In this document: positions 1 through 10,800 of the stretch, in pieces
Layout of the letters: each line of letters starts with the position of its first letter
How positions within the stretch are numbered: position 1 is the stretch's first letter
Source of the DNA: an uncultured Parabacteroides sp.
GTDB taxonomy: Bacteria > Bacteroidota > Bacteroidia > Bacteroidales > Tannerellaceae
Length of the DNA: 64,000 bases
Direction of reading: 5' to 3'
NCBI GenBank assembly: GCA_949298575.1
Contig: CASFXH010000009.1
Span: forward strand, 1,485 to 65,484
Program-made: the position numbers and the translations under genes
The notes under the pieces: model-generated
What the model saw: the letters and a program-made list of their open reading frames with translations, nothing else
The model's database searches: none
What the model was told of the DNA's origin: nothing

Positions 1-92
1 AATCCATTGATGAGGTAATCAACAGGCAGAACGACATTTCCGAAGCCTTATTTTATGCGTTGAAGTATGGCGAAGAAGAAGACGAAGCATAA
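1..92 (+). CDS. 3' end of a truncated upstream gene (…SIDEVINRQNDISEALFYALKYGEEEDEA*), product unknown
   Basis: Open frame from position 3 to TAA at 90-92; overlaps the start of the next ORF by 26 nt. Confidence 0.55.
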   Translation, partial: SIDEVINRQNDISEALFYALKYGEEEDEA

Positions 93-621
93 AATCTTGT
101 TGCAAGTGGAAAACCTACTGTCCGCTGACTATGCGAACAAGGAGCATAAGGACTACTTGCTGGAAAAAGAAAAAGGAGGAGAAATAAATGTGCCTATCGT
201 GTCTGATTCCTTGTCCTATCTATCCTATACTTTTGACAAGAAATACGACAAGAAGGAAGATCCCAAATCCAAAGGTTTGTTTCCTTTCTTCCAAAAGAAC
301 AAAGGAGTACATTCCATGTGCGACTATATGCTATTCAGCTATTACAACAATAAGCTGTTTATTTTGCTTGTGGAATTAAAGCGCGGAAAGTCCAATACGC
401 ATGAACAGTTAAAAGCCGGCATCTGCTTTGCTGAGTTTATCGTAAGCACATTGAATCGAGTAGAGGAATTAAACCTCATTCCTGAAATTCGGCAAATCTC
501 CATCCGAAATAAGCACATAGTTAAAAAGAGGACTACCCGTATCAATGATGTAGAATATGATAAGGACAATTTCTGTACTTTCGAAGGAGGACAGTTCTAT
601 TTGAAAGAATTTCTGAAGTAA
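67..621 (+). CDS. Hypothetical protein with PD-(D/E)XK-like nuclease motif
   Basis: 184-aa AT-rich ORF; CDYMLF…LLVELKRG…EQL resembles the D…ExK…Q catalytic pattern. Confidence 0.65.
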   Translation: MAKKKTKHKILLQVENLLSADYANKEHKDYLLEKEKGGEINVPIVSDSLSYLSYTFDKKYDKKEDPKSKGLFPFFQKNKGVHSMCDYMLFSYYNNKLFILLVELKRGKSNTHEQLKAGICFAEFIVSTLNRVEELNLIPEIRQISIRNKHIVKKRTTRINDVEYDKDNFCTFEGGQFYLKEFLK

Positions 622-852
622 CCTGTTCATTTCATGCAAGTACCCAAAATGGGTTGCACATAAATCTTTCATCACGAATAAAAATTTGAAAAATAAGTAA
701 GTTACGGATGTTGCTTGCGAAGGTTCTTATGTAAATCTGAATGGAGATTATGGTTTGGAGCTAGGTGAAGAGATAAACATCGTTGATGCGAATATATATC
801 TAAAGCGCCAACAGATCTGTCGTCATTGAATGGCTCGTGTCGCTTTTTTCCG

Positions 853-860
853 TAAGTTCG
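853..860 (+). promoter_or_regulatory. Bacteroidetes -7 promoter box (TAAGTTCG) for xth
   Basis: Variant of TAnnTTTG 28 nt upstream of ATG 889. Confidence 0.45.
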
Positions 861-888
861 CGTGGTAATCTTAAAAACAGGAAACAGC

Positions 889-1644
889 ATGAAATTTATT
901 TCTTGGAATGTCAATGGTTTGCGGGCATGTTACGAGAAGGGCTTCCGGGAGAGCTTCCTCGCGCTCGACGCGGATTTCTTTTGCCTGCAGGAGACAAAGA
1001 TGCAGGCGGGGCAATTGGATGCGTCGTTCGAAGGGTATCGGTCGTATTGGAATTACGCGGAGAAAAAGGGGTATTCCGGGACGGCGATCTTCACGAAGCA
1101 TGAGCCGGTCTCGGTCTCGTATGGGTTGGCGATTGAGGAGCATGACCGGGAAGGACGGGTCATTACGCTCGAGATGCCTGACTTTTATCTGGTGACGGTC
1201 TATACGCCCAATTCGCAGGACGGGTTGAAGCGATTGGATTACCGGATGACGTGGGAGGAAGCTTTCCGCCTTTACCTGAAGAAGCTGGACGCGAAGAAAC
1301 CGGTGATCGTCTGTGGAGACTTGAACGTGGCCCATAAGGAAATCGACTTGAAGAACCCGAAGACCAACCGCCGTAACGCCGGCTTCACCGACGAGGAGCG
1401 AGGGCAGTTCCAGCATCTCCTCGACGCGGGCTTTACCGATACGTTCCGTCATTTTTATCCTGATCAAGAGGGCATTTACTCGTGGTGGTCCTATCGTTTC
1501 AAGGCGAGGGAGAAAAACGCCGGGTGGCGTATTGACTACTTCGTGATCTCCAATCGCTTGGTGGAGCGGCTGGAGGGCGCGGCCATTCATACGGAGATAT
1601 TTGGATCGGACCATTGTCCGGTGGAGATGACGTTGCGCGACTGA
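889..1644 (+). CDS. xth: Exodeoxyribonuclease III
   Basis: [32 protein letters not shown] motifs; ATG 889 preferred over GTG 862. Confidence 0.95.
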   Translation: MKFISWNVNGLRACYEKGFRESFLALDADFFCLQETKMQAGQLDASFEGYRSYWNYAEKKGYSGTAIFTKHEPVSVSYGLAIEEHDREGRVITLEMPDFYLVTVYTPNSQDGLKRLDYRMTWEEAFRLYLKKLDAKKPVIVCGDLNVAHKEIDLKNPKTNRRNAGFTDEERGQFQHLLDAGFTDTFRHFYPDQEGIYSWWSYRFKAREKNAGWRIDYFVISNRLVERLEGAAIHTEIFGSDHCPVEMTLRD

Positions 1645-1650
1645 CGGCTT

Positions 1651-3477
1651 ATGGAAGAAAGCGAACACCGACTGGACGAATGGCTCCCGACCACTCGCAA
1701 GGAATTGGAGATCCGAGGCTGGGACGCCGTGGATGTCGTGATCTTTAGCGGCGACGCCTACGTGGATCACCCGTCGTTCGGGGCGGCGGTGATCGGAAGG
1801 GTGCTCGAGGCCGAGGGCTTGCGGGTAGCGATCGTGCCGCAACCGGATTGGCGAGGGGATTTCCGGGATTTCAAGAAGCTAGGAGCCCCGCGCTTGTTTT
1901 TTGGTGTCTCGGCTGGCGCCATGGATTCGATGGTGAATCATTACACGGCGAACCGGCGGCTACGGAGCGACGACGCCTATACGCCCGACCGGCGGCCCGG
2001 AGCGAGACCCGATTACCCGAGCATCGTCTATACCCATATCCTGAAAGAGATTTTCCCCGACGTGCCGGTCGTCCTGGGGGGCATTGAGGCTTCCTTGCGG
2101 CGAGTGACCCATTATGATTATTGGAAAGACAAGCTTTTGCCCAGCATCCTCGTGGAGAGTGGCGCGGACTTGTTGGTCTATGGCATGGGCGAGCAACCGA
2201 TCCGTGAGCTGGTTCGCCGCTTGCGGGCGGGAGAGGACTTTAGGCAGATCCGGGACCTCCGGCAGACGGCTTATCTGGAGAATGGCTCGATCAGGCCGGC
2301 GGAGGGGGACATCGTCTTGTTCTCGCACGAGGAATGCCTTCGCGACAAGAAGAAGCAAGCCCAGAACTTCCGGCATGTCGAGGAGGAATCGAACAAGCGC
2401 CACGCGAGTCGCCTCTTGCAGCGCGTGGACGGGGCGACGGTGGTCGTCAATCCCCCTTTCCCGCCCATGACGGAGGCGGAGATCGACGCGTCGTTCGACT
2501 TGCCCTATACCCGCCTGCCGCATCCGAAATACCGGGGGAAGGTGATCCCGGCCTTCGAGATGATCAAGTTCTCGGTCAACATCCACCGCGGATGCTTTGG
2601 CGGCTGCGCTTTCTGCACCATCTCGGCCCATCAGGGGAAATTCATCGCGTCGCGGAGCGCGGCCTCGATCCTTCGCGAGGTGAAGGCCGTCACGCGCATG
2701 CCGGGCTTCAAGGGGTATTTGAGCGACCTGGGGGGGCCCTCGGCCAATATGTATCGCATGGGAGGGAAGGACCAGGCGCTGTGCGACGTCTGCCGGCGCC
2801 CCTCGTGCCTTCATCCCTCGGTCTGTCGCAACCTCGACGCCGACCATCAGCCCCTTCTCGACCTTTACCGGCAAGTCGACGCGATGCCGGAGATCAAGAA
2901 ATCGTTCATTGGCAGCGGCGTGCGCTACGATCTCCTCTTGCATCCCTACGCCGACCCGAAGCTCCGCGAGGCGGCCCGGGCGTATACGGAGGAGCTGATC
3001 GCCCACCACGTCTCGGGCCGGCTGAAAGTGGCGCCCGAGCATACCGCCGACCGGGTCCTCGCCTTGATGCGCAAGCCCCCGTTCAGCCTTTTCGGCGAGT
3101 TCAAGCGCGTGTTCGACCGGGTGAACCATTCGTGCGGCCTTCAGCAACAACTGATACCTTATTTTATCTCAAGCCATCCGGGGTGCACGGAGGCGGACAT
3201 GGCCGAGCTGGCGGCGATCACGAAAGGCCTGCGTTTCCACCTGGAGCAAGTGCAAGATTTCACCCCGACCCCCATGACGCTCGCGACAGAAATCTACTAC
3301 ACGGGTTATCACCCTTACACCCTGGAACGGGTTTACACCGCCCATACCTCAGCGCAAAAGTTGGCGCAGCGGCAGTTTTTCTTTTGGTACAAGCCCGAGT
3401 GCCGGCAAGCGATCCTCCGGGAGTTGCGCCGCCTTCACCGGCCCGACTTGATCGACCGTCTCTTTAGGCATCCTTAA
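1651..3477 (+). CDS. YgiQ/UPF0313 family radical SAM protein
   Basis: GDAYVDHPSFG N-terminal motif; CxxxCxxC (GCFGGCAFC). Confidence 0.93.
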   Translation: MEESEHRLDEWLPTTRKELEIRGWDAVDVVIFSGDAYVDHPSFGAAVIGRVLEAEGLRVAIVPQPDWRGDFRDFKKLGAPRLFFGVSAGAMDSMVNHYTANRRLRSDDAYTPDRRPGARPDYPSIVYTHILKEIFPDVPVVLGGIEASLRRVTHYDYWKDKLLPSILVESGADLLVYGMGEQPIRELVRRLRAGEDFRQIRDLRQTAYLENGSIRPAEGDIVLFSHEECLRDKKKQAQNFRHVEEESNKRHASRLLQRVDGATVVVNPPFPPMTEAEIDASFDLPYTRLPHPKYRGKVIPAFEMIKFSVNIHRGCFGGCAFCTISAHQGKFIASRSAASILREVKAVTRMPGFKGYLSDLGGPSANMYRMGGKDQALCDVCRRPSCLHPSVCRNLDADHQPLLDLYRQVDAMPEIKKSFIGSGVRYDLLLHPYADPKLREAARAYTEELIAHHVSGRLKVAPEHTADRVLALMRKPPFSLFGEFKRVFDRVNHSCGLQQQLIPYFISSHPGCTEADMAELAAITKGLRFHLEQVQDFTPTPMTLATEIYYTGYHPYTLERVYTAHTSAQKLAQRQFFFWYKPECRQAILRELRRLHRPDLIDRLFRHP

Positions 3478-3547
3478 GGCACTTACGATGAGTGAGGGGA
3501 GACTCCCTTGGGGGGCTCGCCCTGACATCTGCCGTGGGGTATCATCT

Positions 3548-3823
3548 TTCCCTACGGCTGGGAATGATTCTTCCCAACCGTAGGGAATGGTTCTTCCCTG
3601 CCGTAGGGAATAGTTCTTCCCAACCGTAGGGAATGATTATTCCCAGCCGTAGGGAATGATTCTTCCCAACCGTAGGGAATGATTCTTCCCAACCGTAGGG
3701 AATGGTTCTTCCCTGCCGTAGGGAATAGTTCTTCCCAACCGTAGGGAATGATTATTCCCAACCGTAGGGAATAATTCTTCCCAGCCGTAGGGAATGGTTC
3801 TTCCCAGCCGTAGGGCATGGTTG
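3548..3823. repeat. Tandem array of 23-bp palindromic units (TTCCC-a[a/g]ccgta-GGGAAtgrttc): 11 direct plus 1 inverted copy
   Basis: Direct units start every 23 bp from 3571 to 3801; the core of unit 3548-3570 is the reverse complement of the others. Confidence 0.95.
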
Positions 3824-3941
3824 GCATCCTTTTAGGGTCTTGATCGAGGTCATTCGTGCCTGGCGACCTTGGGGTAACGGGAGAGGGGCTCGGGGGTTAT
3901 GGTAAGGAGGGAGGAGATATGTTTAATTAAATTTAAAATAG

Positions 3942-3949
3942 TATCTTCG
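3942..3949 (+). promoter_or_regulatory. -7 promoter box (TATCTTCG) for nhaA
   Basis: Consensus variant 34 nt before ATG 3984. Confidence 0.5.
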
Positions 3950-3983
3950 CGGACGGTAGAAGCACAACAAACATTCACGAATC

Positions 3984-5339
3984 ATGGATCAAGCATTCAA
4001 AGTTATCTTAAAACCATTGCGGCGTTTCGCCATCCAGAAGCCAAACGCCAGTCTTTTATTGTTCGGGGCGACCGTCCTCGCCATGCTCATCGCGAACTCG
4101 CCGTGGGCCGAGAAATACCATCAGCTGCTGGCCTTCCCGATCGATTTCCATATCGGCGGCTTCAATTTCTTCGCCCACCATGGCGAGCCGATGTCGATGC
4201 TGGCCTTTGTCAACGACGCGTTGATGGCCGTCTTCTTCTTTACGATCGGGTTGGAAATCAAGCAGGAAGTGTTGATCGGCGAGCTGAGCTCGTTGCGCAA
4301 GGCCCTGTTGCCCATTGTCGCCGCTTGTGGGGGGATGATCGTCCCTGTCCTGTGTTATCTCCTCGTGTGCGGCGAGCATCCCGAGGCGAACGGCGCCGCG
4401 ATCCCCATGGCGACCGACATCGCGTTCGCCCTGGCGGTCTTGGGGCTTTTGGGAAAACGGGTGCCCCTCAGCATGCGGATCTTCCTGACGGCGCTGGCCG
4501 TGGTCGACGATATCGGGGGCATTATCATTATCGCCTTGTTCTACAGCGGGGAGATCGCTTTCCAGCCTTTGCTCATCTCCCTTCTGGTGCTGGCCGTCTT
4601 GTATGGCGGGGGCAAGTTGCGGATCTATAACCGGTTGTTCTATTACGCGTTGGGCTTCGTGGTCTGGCTGCTCTTCCTGGAGTCGGGGATCCACCCGACG
4701 ATCGCGGGCGTGCTCGTGGCCTTTACGGTGCCCGCCCGCCCCGTGGTCCGGTTGGAGGCTTTCACGAACGACATGTCGGGCTTGTTGGAAATGTTGGACA
4801 GCCACGACGTGCGCTCATCGAAGCGAGCGTCGGTGCTGACGGGCCACCAGATCCATGTCTTGAACAACATCCACATGCTGGCCAATAAGACCATCAGCCC
4901 GTTGCAGACGATCACCGACCGCCTTCACCCGACGGTGAACTACGTCATCCTGCCCCTTTTCGCCTTTGTCAATGCCGGGGTCACGTTTGGCGACATCCGT
5001 CCCGAGACGCTCGCGAACGTCCCCTTGGCCGTGTTCTTAGGGCTCGTGGTGGGAAAGACATTGGGTATCTTCATCTTCTCCTACCTGTTCGCCATGTCGC
5101 CCCTCTCCACGATGCCGAAGGGGATGAGCAAGCGGACCTTGATCGGGGTGTCGATGTTGGGCGGTATCGGTTTCACGGTGGCGCTCTTCATCTCCAACCT
5201 TTCCTTCGACCTCACCACCGCCTCGGGTATCGACCTGTTGAATCAGGCGAAGCTGGGCGTGTTCGCCGGTTCGCTCGTCTCAGGGCTTGGGGGATATTTC
5301 TTGCTGAATGGGGTCTTGCCGAAGAATGAGGCGGCGTAA
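3984..5339 (+). CDS. nhaA: Na+/H+ antiporter NhaA
   Basis: INDALM-like FVNDALMAVFF, AIPMATDIAF, LAVVDDIG motifs; multi-TM. Confidence 0.95.
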   Translation: MDQAFKVILKPLRRFAIQKPNASLLLFGATVLAMLIANSPWAEKYHQLLAFPIDFHIGGFNFFAHHGEPMSMLAFVNDALMAVFFFTIGLEIKQEVLIGELSSLRKALLPIVAACGGMIVPVLCYLLVCGEHPEANGAAIPMATDIAFALAVLGLLGKRVPLSMRIFLTALAVVDDIGGIIIIALFYSGEIAFQPLLISLLVLAVLYGGGKLRIYNRLFYYALGFVVWLLFLESGIHPTIAGVLVAFTVPARPVVRLEAFTNDMSGLLEMLDSHDVRSSKRASVLTGHQIHVLNNIHMLANKTISPLQTITDRLHPTVNYVILPLFAFVNAGVTFGDIRPETLANVPLAVFLGLVVGKTLGIFIFSYLFAMSPLSTMPKGMSKRTLIGVSMLGGIGFTVALFISNLSFDLTTASGIDLLNQAKLGVFAGSLVSGLGGYFLLNGVLPKNEAA

Positions 5340-5347
5340 GCGCGCTC

Positions 5348-7747
5348 TCAAGGCCTGACGTTGAAGAGGATCCGCCGTTGGTTGCCCTCGTTGTCGATCA
5401 GGGTCAGCAGATGCTGGCCCGGGGCGATATCGAGGGCAATCTCATGTTGATCCGTCGTTTGCCCCACAAATAGATCATCAAGATGCCAATAGATCGTGGC
5501 CATGGGATTCGCGTGGGCCGCCCGGAGGATGAGCTTCTCCCGCTCGCCACCGAATCCTTTGGGCAAATAGATCGTCGCCCCATGCTCCGGATAGATCAAG
5601 GCGATGGCTTGGGGGCGTTCCGGCGTGCATCCGGGTTTGAAGGGGGGCAATGGGCGATAATCCACGTGATGCCTCCGGTAGTAATACTCTTGGGCGGGAG
5701 GCAGCGTGAACCATTTCTTCGTGACGATCCGGCTCGTCGGCTCACACGAGCTATTGACTTGGTAGCGACCATCCATGGAAAGATGCGCCAGGTGATGGTA
5801 AGGGCAGGGCGCCGTGCGCAGGCCGCTTGTCGGTACCCATAGCGTATCGACCTCTTCGCAATAAGCGGACGCCTTATGCCCACTGTCCCGGCAGACAGGG
5901 AGGGGCGTCAACTCGTCGTAAGGCTCGTCGAACCAAGGGCTATCGGGCAACAAGGAGAAAAGGTCGAAAAGCACCGGTGCCGCGTGCCCAACGCCCGTCA
6001 GCCCGGCCCGCCCTTCGCCGGAAGCGTTCCCGCACCAGACCCCAATCACATAACGAGGCGTGAAGCCGATGGCCCAAGCGTCGCGACTGCCGTAACTCGT
6101 GCCCGTTTTCCAAGCGACCCGTTTCATCGACTCGAATTGTTGCCAATCCGCCTCTTCCTCCGGCCTGTTGAGCGCCGAGAGGGCTTCCGCCATAAACCAG
6201 AGGGAGGCATGGGAGAGGGGCGAACGGTCGTCCAGGCGCTCGTCGGCGATGGATTCGATAGGGTGTTCAGTCGTTTGGGGGAAAGGCGTGAGCGGATGGA
6301 TGTCTGAAGGATCATATCGCCCGTCGTATGTCCGGTAATGCCCTAAGACACGAGCGGCCGAGGCGTACATCCCAGCCAAGTCCCAAAGAGTCCCTTCCGC
6401 CCCACCAAGGATGAGCGAGGCGCCATAATGCGACTCCGGGAAACGCAACGTCGTCATCCCGTATGCCTTGAGCAAAGCCATGAATCGCCCCGTATTATAG
6501 GTTGAGAGCATCCGGACGAGGGGCACGTTGAGCGACCGCTCGATCGCCACATGCGCCGGTACGGCACCGTAAAAGTCATGGTTGAAGTTGCGGGGCGTAA
6601 ATCCATTGATGTTTAATGGCGTATCGTTGACAAGCGTACCCGGCAGGAGCAGTCCGTCGTGGAGCATCGCGGCATAGAGGAAGGGTTTCAGGACGCTTCC
6701 CGTGCTACGAGGGGCGGTGATGAGATCGACATTCTCTCCTCGATTGGGATGTTCCGTTAGCGAGGCGTTTCCCACATAGGCCAGCACTTGCCCCGTCTCC
6801 ACTTCAGCGATTAGGACGGCAAGGTTGTAAATATGGTTGGCGCTGTATGTATGGGCATAGCGGTCGACTATTTCGTGGGCTATCCGTTGGAGGTGGCCAT
6901 CGAGCGTGGTCCGGAGCCTCGTGCCCGGTTGCCGCTGTGCCAAGCGATCCAGCAAATGGGGGGCTTGGTTCGGGAGCGCCAATGGGGCGTCGGGGAGTGG
7001 TTCCAGGCAAGCCAATTCATATTCTGTCGGTAAAAGGAATCCCTTTTCTCTTAGGCGGAATAATAGACGGTCCCGTTTCCTTTTCAATTGATCCCGGTTC
7101 CTTCCGGGATGGATCAAGGCGGGAGAGTTGGGCAACACGGCCAATGTGGCGCTCTCCGCCCACGAGAGGTTCTCGAGTTGCCGCCCGAAATAACGCCAAG
7201 AAGCGGTTTCCGCCCCGACAACATTGCCTCCGAAAGGCGCGTGTGAGGCGTAGAGGTTGAGGATTTCCGTTTTGCTATAGACGGTTTCCAAGAATAGCGC
7301 CCAGCTCATCTCCAAGAGCTTCTGTCCAAGTGTCCGTCGCTGGTTGCCTCTGGCTATCCGTGCGAGTTGCATCGTGATCGTACTTCCTCCACTTTGGATC
7401 GTCCCTGAAGAAAGGTTCAGCCGGAAAGCCCTCGCGAGGGCGAATGGATCGATACCCGGATGCCCATAGAACCGCTTGTCTTCGAACTGGAGCAAGCAGG
7501 TCTTGAATTTTTCCGGTAAGCTGTCGGTCGGGGGGAAGCGCCATTGTCCATCGGTCGCGATGCGAGCGCCCAGCAATTCGTTGTCCTTAGAGTAAAGCAA
7601 GGTGGAATAGGGACTCGAAAAAAGTGGGCGAGGGACCGTCAGGAGTAGGATAAACCATCCAATTCCAGCCAAGAGCGCGATAGTCAACGCGATCCGCATG
7701 CCTCTCCGACGGAGGCTATTCGTCAAAATAGATTTAATCGTGCGCAT
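5348..7747 (-). CDS. pbpC: Penicillin-binding protein 1C
   Basis: EDKRFY, GGSTITMQLAR (transglycosylase); STxK-type GSVLKP, SLN, KTGT (transpeptidase); adjacent to A2M. Confidence 0.93.
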   Translation of the reverse strand: MRTIKSILTNSLRRRGMRIALTIALLAGIGWFILLLTVPRPLFSSPYSTLLYSKDNELLGARIATDGQWRFPPTDSLPEKFKTCLLQFEDKRFYGHPGIDPFALARAFRLNLSSGTIQSGGSTITMQLARIARGNQRRTLGQKLLEMSWALFLETVYSKTEILNLYASHAPFGGNVVGAETASWRYFGRQLENLSWAESATLAVLPNSPALIHPGRNRDQLKRKRDRLLFRLREKGFLLPTEYELACLEPLPDAPLALPNQAPHLLDRLAQRQPGTRLRTTLDGHLQRIAHEIVDRYAHTYSANHIYNLAVLIAEVETGQVLAYVGNASLTEHPNRGENVDLITAPRSTGSVLKPFLYAAMLHDGLLLPGTLVNDTPLNINGFTPRNFNHDFYGAVPAHVAIERSLNVPLVRMLSTYNTGRFMALLKAYGMTTLRFPESHYGASLILGGAEGTLWDLAGMYASAARVLGHYRTYDGRYDPSDIHPLTPFPQTTEHPIESIADERLDDRSPLSHASLWFMAEALSALNRPEEEADWQQFESMKRVAWKTGTSYGSRDAWAIGFTPRYVIGVWCGNASGEGRAGLTGVGHAAPVLFDLFSLLPDSPWFDEPYDELTPLPVCRDSGHKASAYCEEVDTLWVPTSGLRTAPCPYHHLAHLSMDGRYQVNSSCEPTSRIVTKKWFTLPPAQEYYYRRHHVDYRPLPPFKPGCTPERPQAIALIYPEHGATIYLPKGFGGEREKLILRAAHANPMATIYWHLDDLFVGQTTDQHEIALDIAPGQHLLTLIDNEGNQRRILFNVRP

Positions 7748-7796
7748 CTCCAGAAAAATCTGGGTAAAGGTATAGCATTTCTCGAAACTTTATGGA

Positions 7797-7804
7797 TAAA
7801 TTTG
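7797..7804 (+). promoter_or_regulatory. -7 promoter box (TAAATTTG) for A2M operon
   Basis: Exact TAnnTTTG 29 nt before ATG 7834. Confidence 0.55.
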
Positions 7805-7833
7805 TTCACTGATTCATTAAAAAAGGAGATGTC

Positions 7834-10800
7834 ATGAAACGAGTGTTTTTTTTCGCGACCTTGTGTTGCCTGTCGCTTTTTCTTACCTGTTGCGGTGGCG
7901 GAAAAGGAGTAGATTTGACGTACAACTCTAACATCGATGCGTTTACGTCTGGTCGGATTTCCCGGTTTTCTTCTGTCTATTTGGTCTTGGCGAAAGACAT
8001 TCCGGCCGATAAGCGCGATGAGGAACGCCTTTCCAAGCTCATTGAGATTACGCCTAAAGTGAAAGGAACGTTTTCTTTTGAGAATAGCCGGACGATTCGC
8101 TTCCGTCCTTCCGAGGAGCTAAAAAGAGATCAGGATTATCGTGTCCAGGTAGACCTTTCCAAATGGTTCGATACGACACGTGAGGAGGCGAAGTTCGAAT
8201 TTGGATTCTCGACCTTGCCCCTCTTGTTTCGCCCCGATCGTTATACGCTTCATGTAAATGAGAAAAATGAAAACACTTATGATATTCATACCGTAATTTA
8301 TACGCCTGACCGGGAGACGCCTGAATTGGTCGAGTCGCTTGTCGCCTTTTCACAAGACGTGTCCTCAAGTTGGCAACACAGTCCTGATGGTAAAAAACAT
8401 GAACTGACCTTGACGGGCATTCCCGCCGGAACGGAAAGCGAGGGTAAGCTCCAAGTCTCGGTGGCTAAGAATAAACTGGAGGTACCAGAGGAAGCACTAT
8501 ATGAGATTCCGATCCCAGGCCAGAATGATTTCTCGGTTTATGATGTTTCTTATGTCTCGACAGACGAGCGTTATGTGGATGTTACTTTCACTAAAAATCT
8601 TGATCCGGACCAAGATTTGCGTGGCTTGGCTTTTATCCAAGACAACGAGAGCGAGTTGACACAAGTCGAAGACAATCATCTTCGCCTTTATCCTGACGCG
8701 AATAATCGTGATATGGAAAGCCTGAATATCCATTTGAATAGCCAGATCCGCAGCCGGAGCGACCTGACTCTCGCGGAGGATGTTATTCGGCAGATTACCT
8801 TGGAGGAAGCTTTACCTAATGTCCGTTTCGTGGGTAAAGGGGTGATCATCCCTAACTCGGAGGAGCTTCGTGTGCCTTTCCAAGCGATTTACCTACGGGG
8901 AGTCGTTGTCCGGGTCATTAAAGTCTTGGAGAAAAACATTGGGCAATTTCTCCAGAATAGCAATCTGGACGAGGTGGGCAACCTGATGCAGGTCGGTCGT
9001 CTTGTAGCTCGCCAGACCATCTTTTTTGATGAGGGAGATATCGATTTAAGCCATTGGAACACATATGCCGTAGATCTTCGGGAATTGATGGAGCCGGAGC
9101 CGGGCGCGATCTATCGGGTTGAGCTTTCGTTCAATCGGACGCTTTCGGCTTATCCGGGCGCCAATACCGAACCAATCTCGAAGGTGCAAATCTTAGCGGA
9201 AGATGAGATTAAGTTCAAGGAAGAAAGCGGACGCTTCGATAACGGGGGCTATTACTATTACAATGGCGACATGGATTGGGCCAATTATAATTATAAGGAA
9301 CGGAACGATCCTCGAACAGATAGTTATTACTTTAATAAGGTACAAGGGAAAAATGTCTTGGCGACCAATTTGGGCCTTGTCGCGATGGCGGGCCAGGATG
9401 GGCGAATGGAAGTTCTTGTGCATTTCATTGACAACGCTCGACCCGCTTCGGGTGTTCAAGTCGAGGCTTATAATTTCCAGCACCAAGTGATCGCCGAGCG
9501 AACGACCGATTCGGAAGGCCGAGCGTCGCTATCCTTAGAGCAAGGCAAGCCTTATTATTTGATCGCCTCACGGGGTGATGAACGAACTTATTTACGGGTG
9601 GATGATGGTTCGGCGCTTTCTTTCAGTTCCTTCGACGTGGCGGGAGAGGTCGTGCAAAAAGGCATTAAAGGATTCATTTATGGAGAGCGAGGCGTTTGGA
9701 GGCCAGGGGATACGCTCCACCTGAGCTTTATGCTCAACGATAGGGCCAAGCGATTGCCCGAGGGACATCCTGTCACGATGGCCCTTTATAATCCGCTTGG
9801 GCAAATGTATGCCCAAACGACGCAAACCAAAGGAGAGATGGGACTTTACGCGTTCAATTTTCCGACAGAGGCTAGCGTGCCGACCGGCGCTTGGAATGTT
9901 AAAGCATGGGTTGGCAATGTGACTTTTTCGAAAGATATCCGGATCGAGACGGTCAAACCTAATCGTTTGAAAATAACGCTTGATTTGCCGAACGATCATC
10001 TTTTGCGAGGTCGTTCGCTTGATGCCCAGTTGCACGTGGAATGGTTGCAGGGCGCTTTGGCCAAACGGTTGAACTACGATATACAAGGCACTTTTATCGC
10101 GACCGAAACTACGTTCTCCGGTTACTCAGGCTATGTTTTCGATGATCCTTCACGCCCGATGAATGTCGAGGAAAGTAAGTTGATCACCGGATCGTTGGAT
10201 GATCAAGGCAACGCGACTATCCAGGCTCGTCTTGAGGTGGGCAACAAGGCTCCGGGGTTATTGTTGGGTAGCTTCGTAACAAAGGTTTATGAGAAATCGG
10301 GTGATTTCAGTATTGACGCTGCCCGGGTCATCTATTCCCCGTACACTCGTTATGTCGGTATCCTTTCTCCCCAGAAAGATCGGAGTCAATTGGATACGGG
10401 AAAAGAATATGTTTATCGAGTCGCCTCGGTTGATCATAATGGCAAACCCGCGCCCAACACGGAACTTCAGGTTGATGTCTATAAACTTTATTGGCATTGG
10501 TGGTGGGACTCGAGTCGGGAAGGTTTGGCCAACTATGTTTCCAATGTCTATAACAAACCCGTAAAGCAACTCAAGGTGCGTACTGGCGCGGATGGTTACG
10601 GAGAGTTTAAGCTCGCGTTCCCGAGCGCGGAATGGGGTACCTACTTTATTTCGGTTAAAGACCCGGTGGGTGGTCACTCGACGGGCGTGATGAGTTATTT
10701 CGATTGGCCGGGTTACGAGGGACGCCGAGACCAGGAAGGAAGTGACGCCGCCATGATGCTTAGTTTCAAAACCGATAAAAACACTTATCGGCCAGGGGAG

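Noticed and set aside
701-829. 42-codon open frame (VTDVACEGSYVNLNGDYGLELGEEINIVDANIYLKRQ…) as a gene remnant
   Set aside because: No start codon and no family I can recognise; BLASTX would be needed.
3548-3823. Possible CRISPR array
   Set aside because: Units are contiguous with no unique spacers, and no cas genes are nearby; the same holds for the 40627 and 47848 arrays.
3552-3827. 91-aa repetitive ORF over the 23-bp array (and ORFs over the 26077, 40570 and 47848 repeats)
   Set aside because: By-products of the DNA repeats; no translation signals or domain support.
7843-7853. Poly-T tract at the start of A2M as a phase-variation switch
   Set aside because: Only 8 T, encoding ordinary signal-peptide Phe residues and currently in frame; the real lesion is at about 12785.
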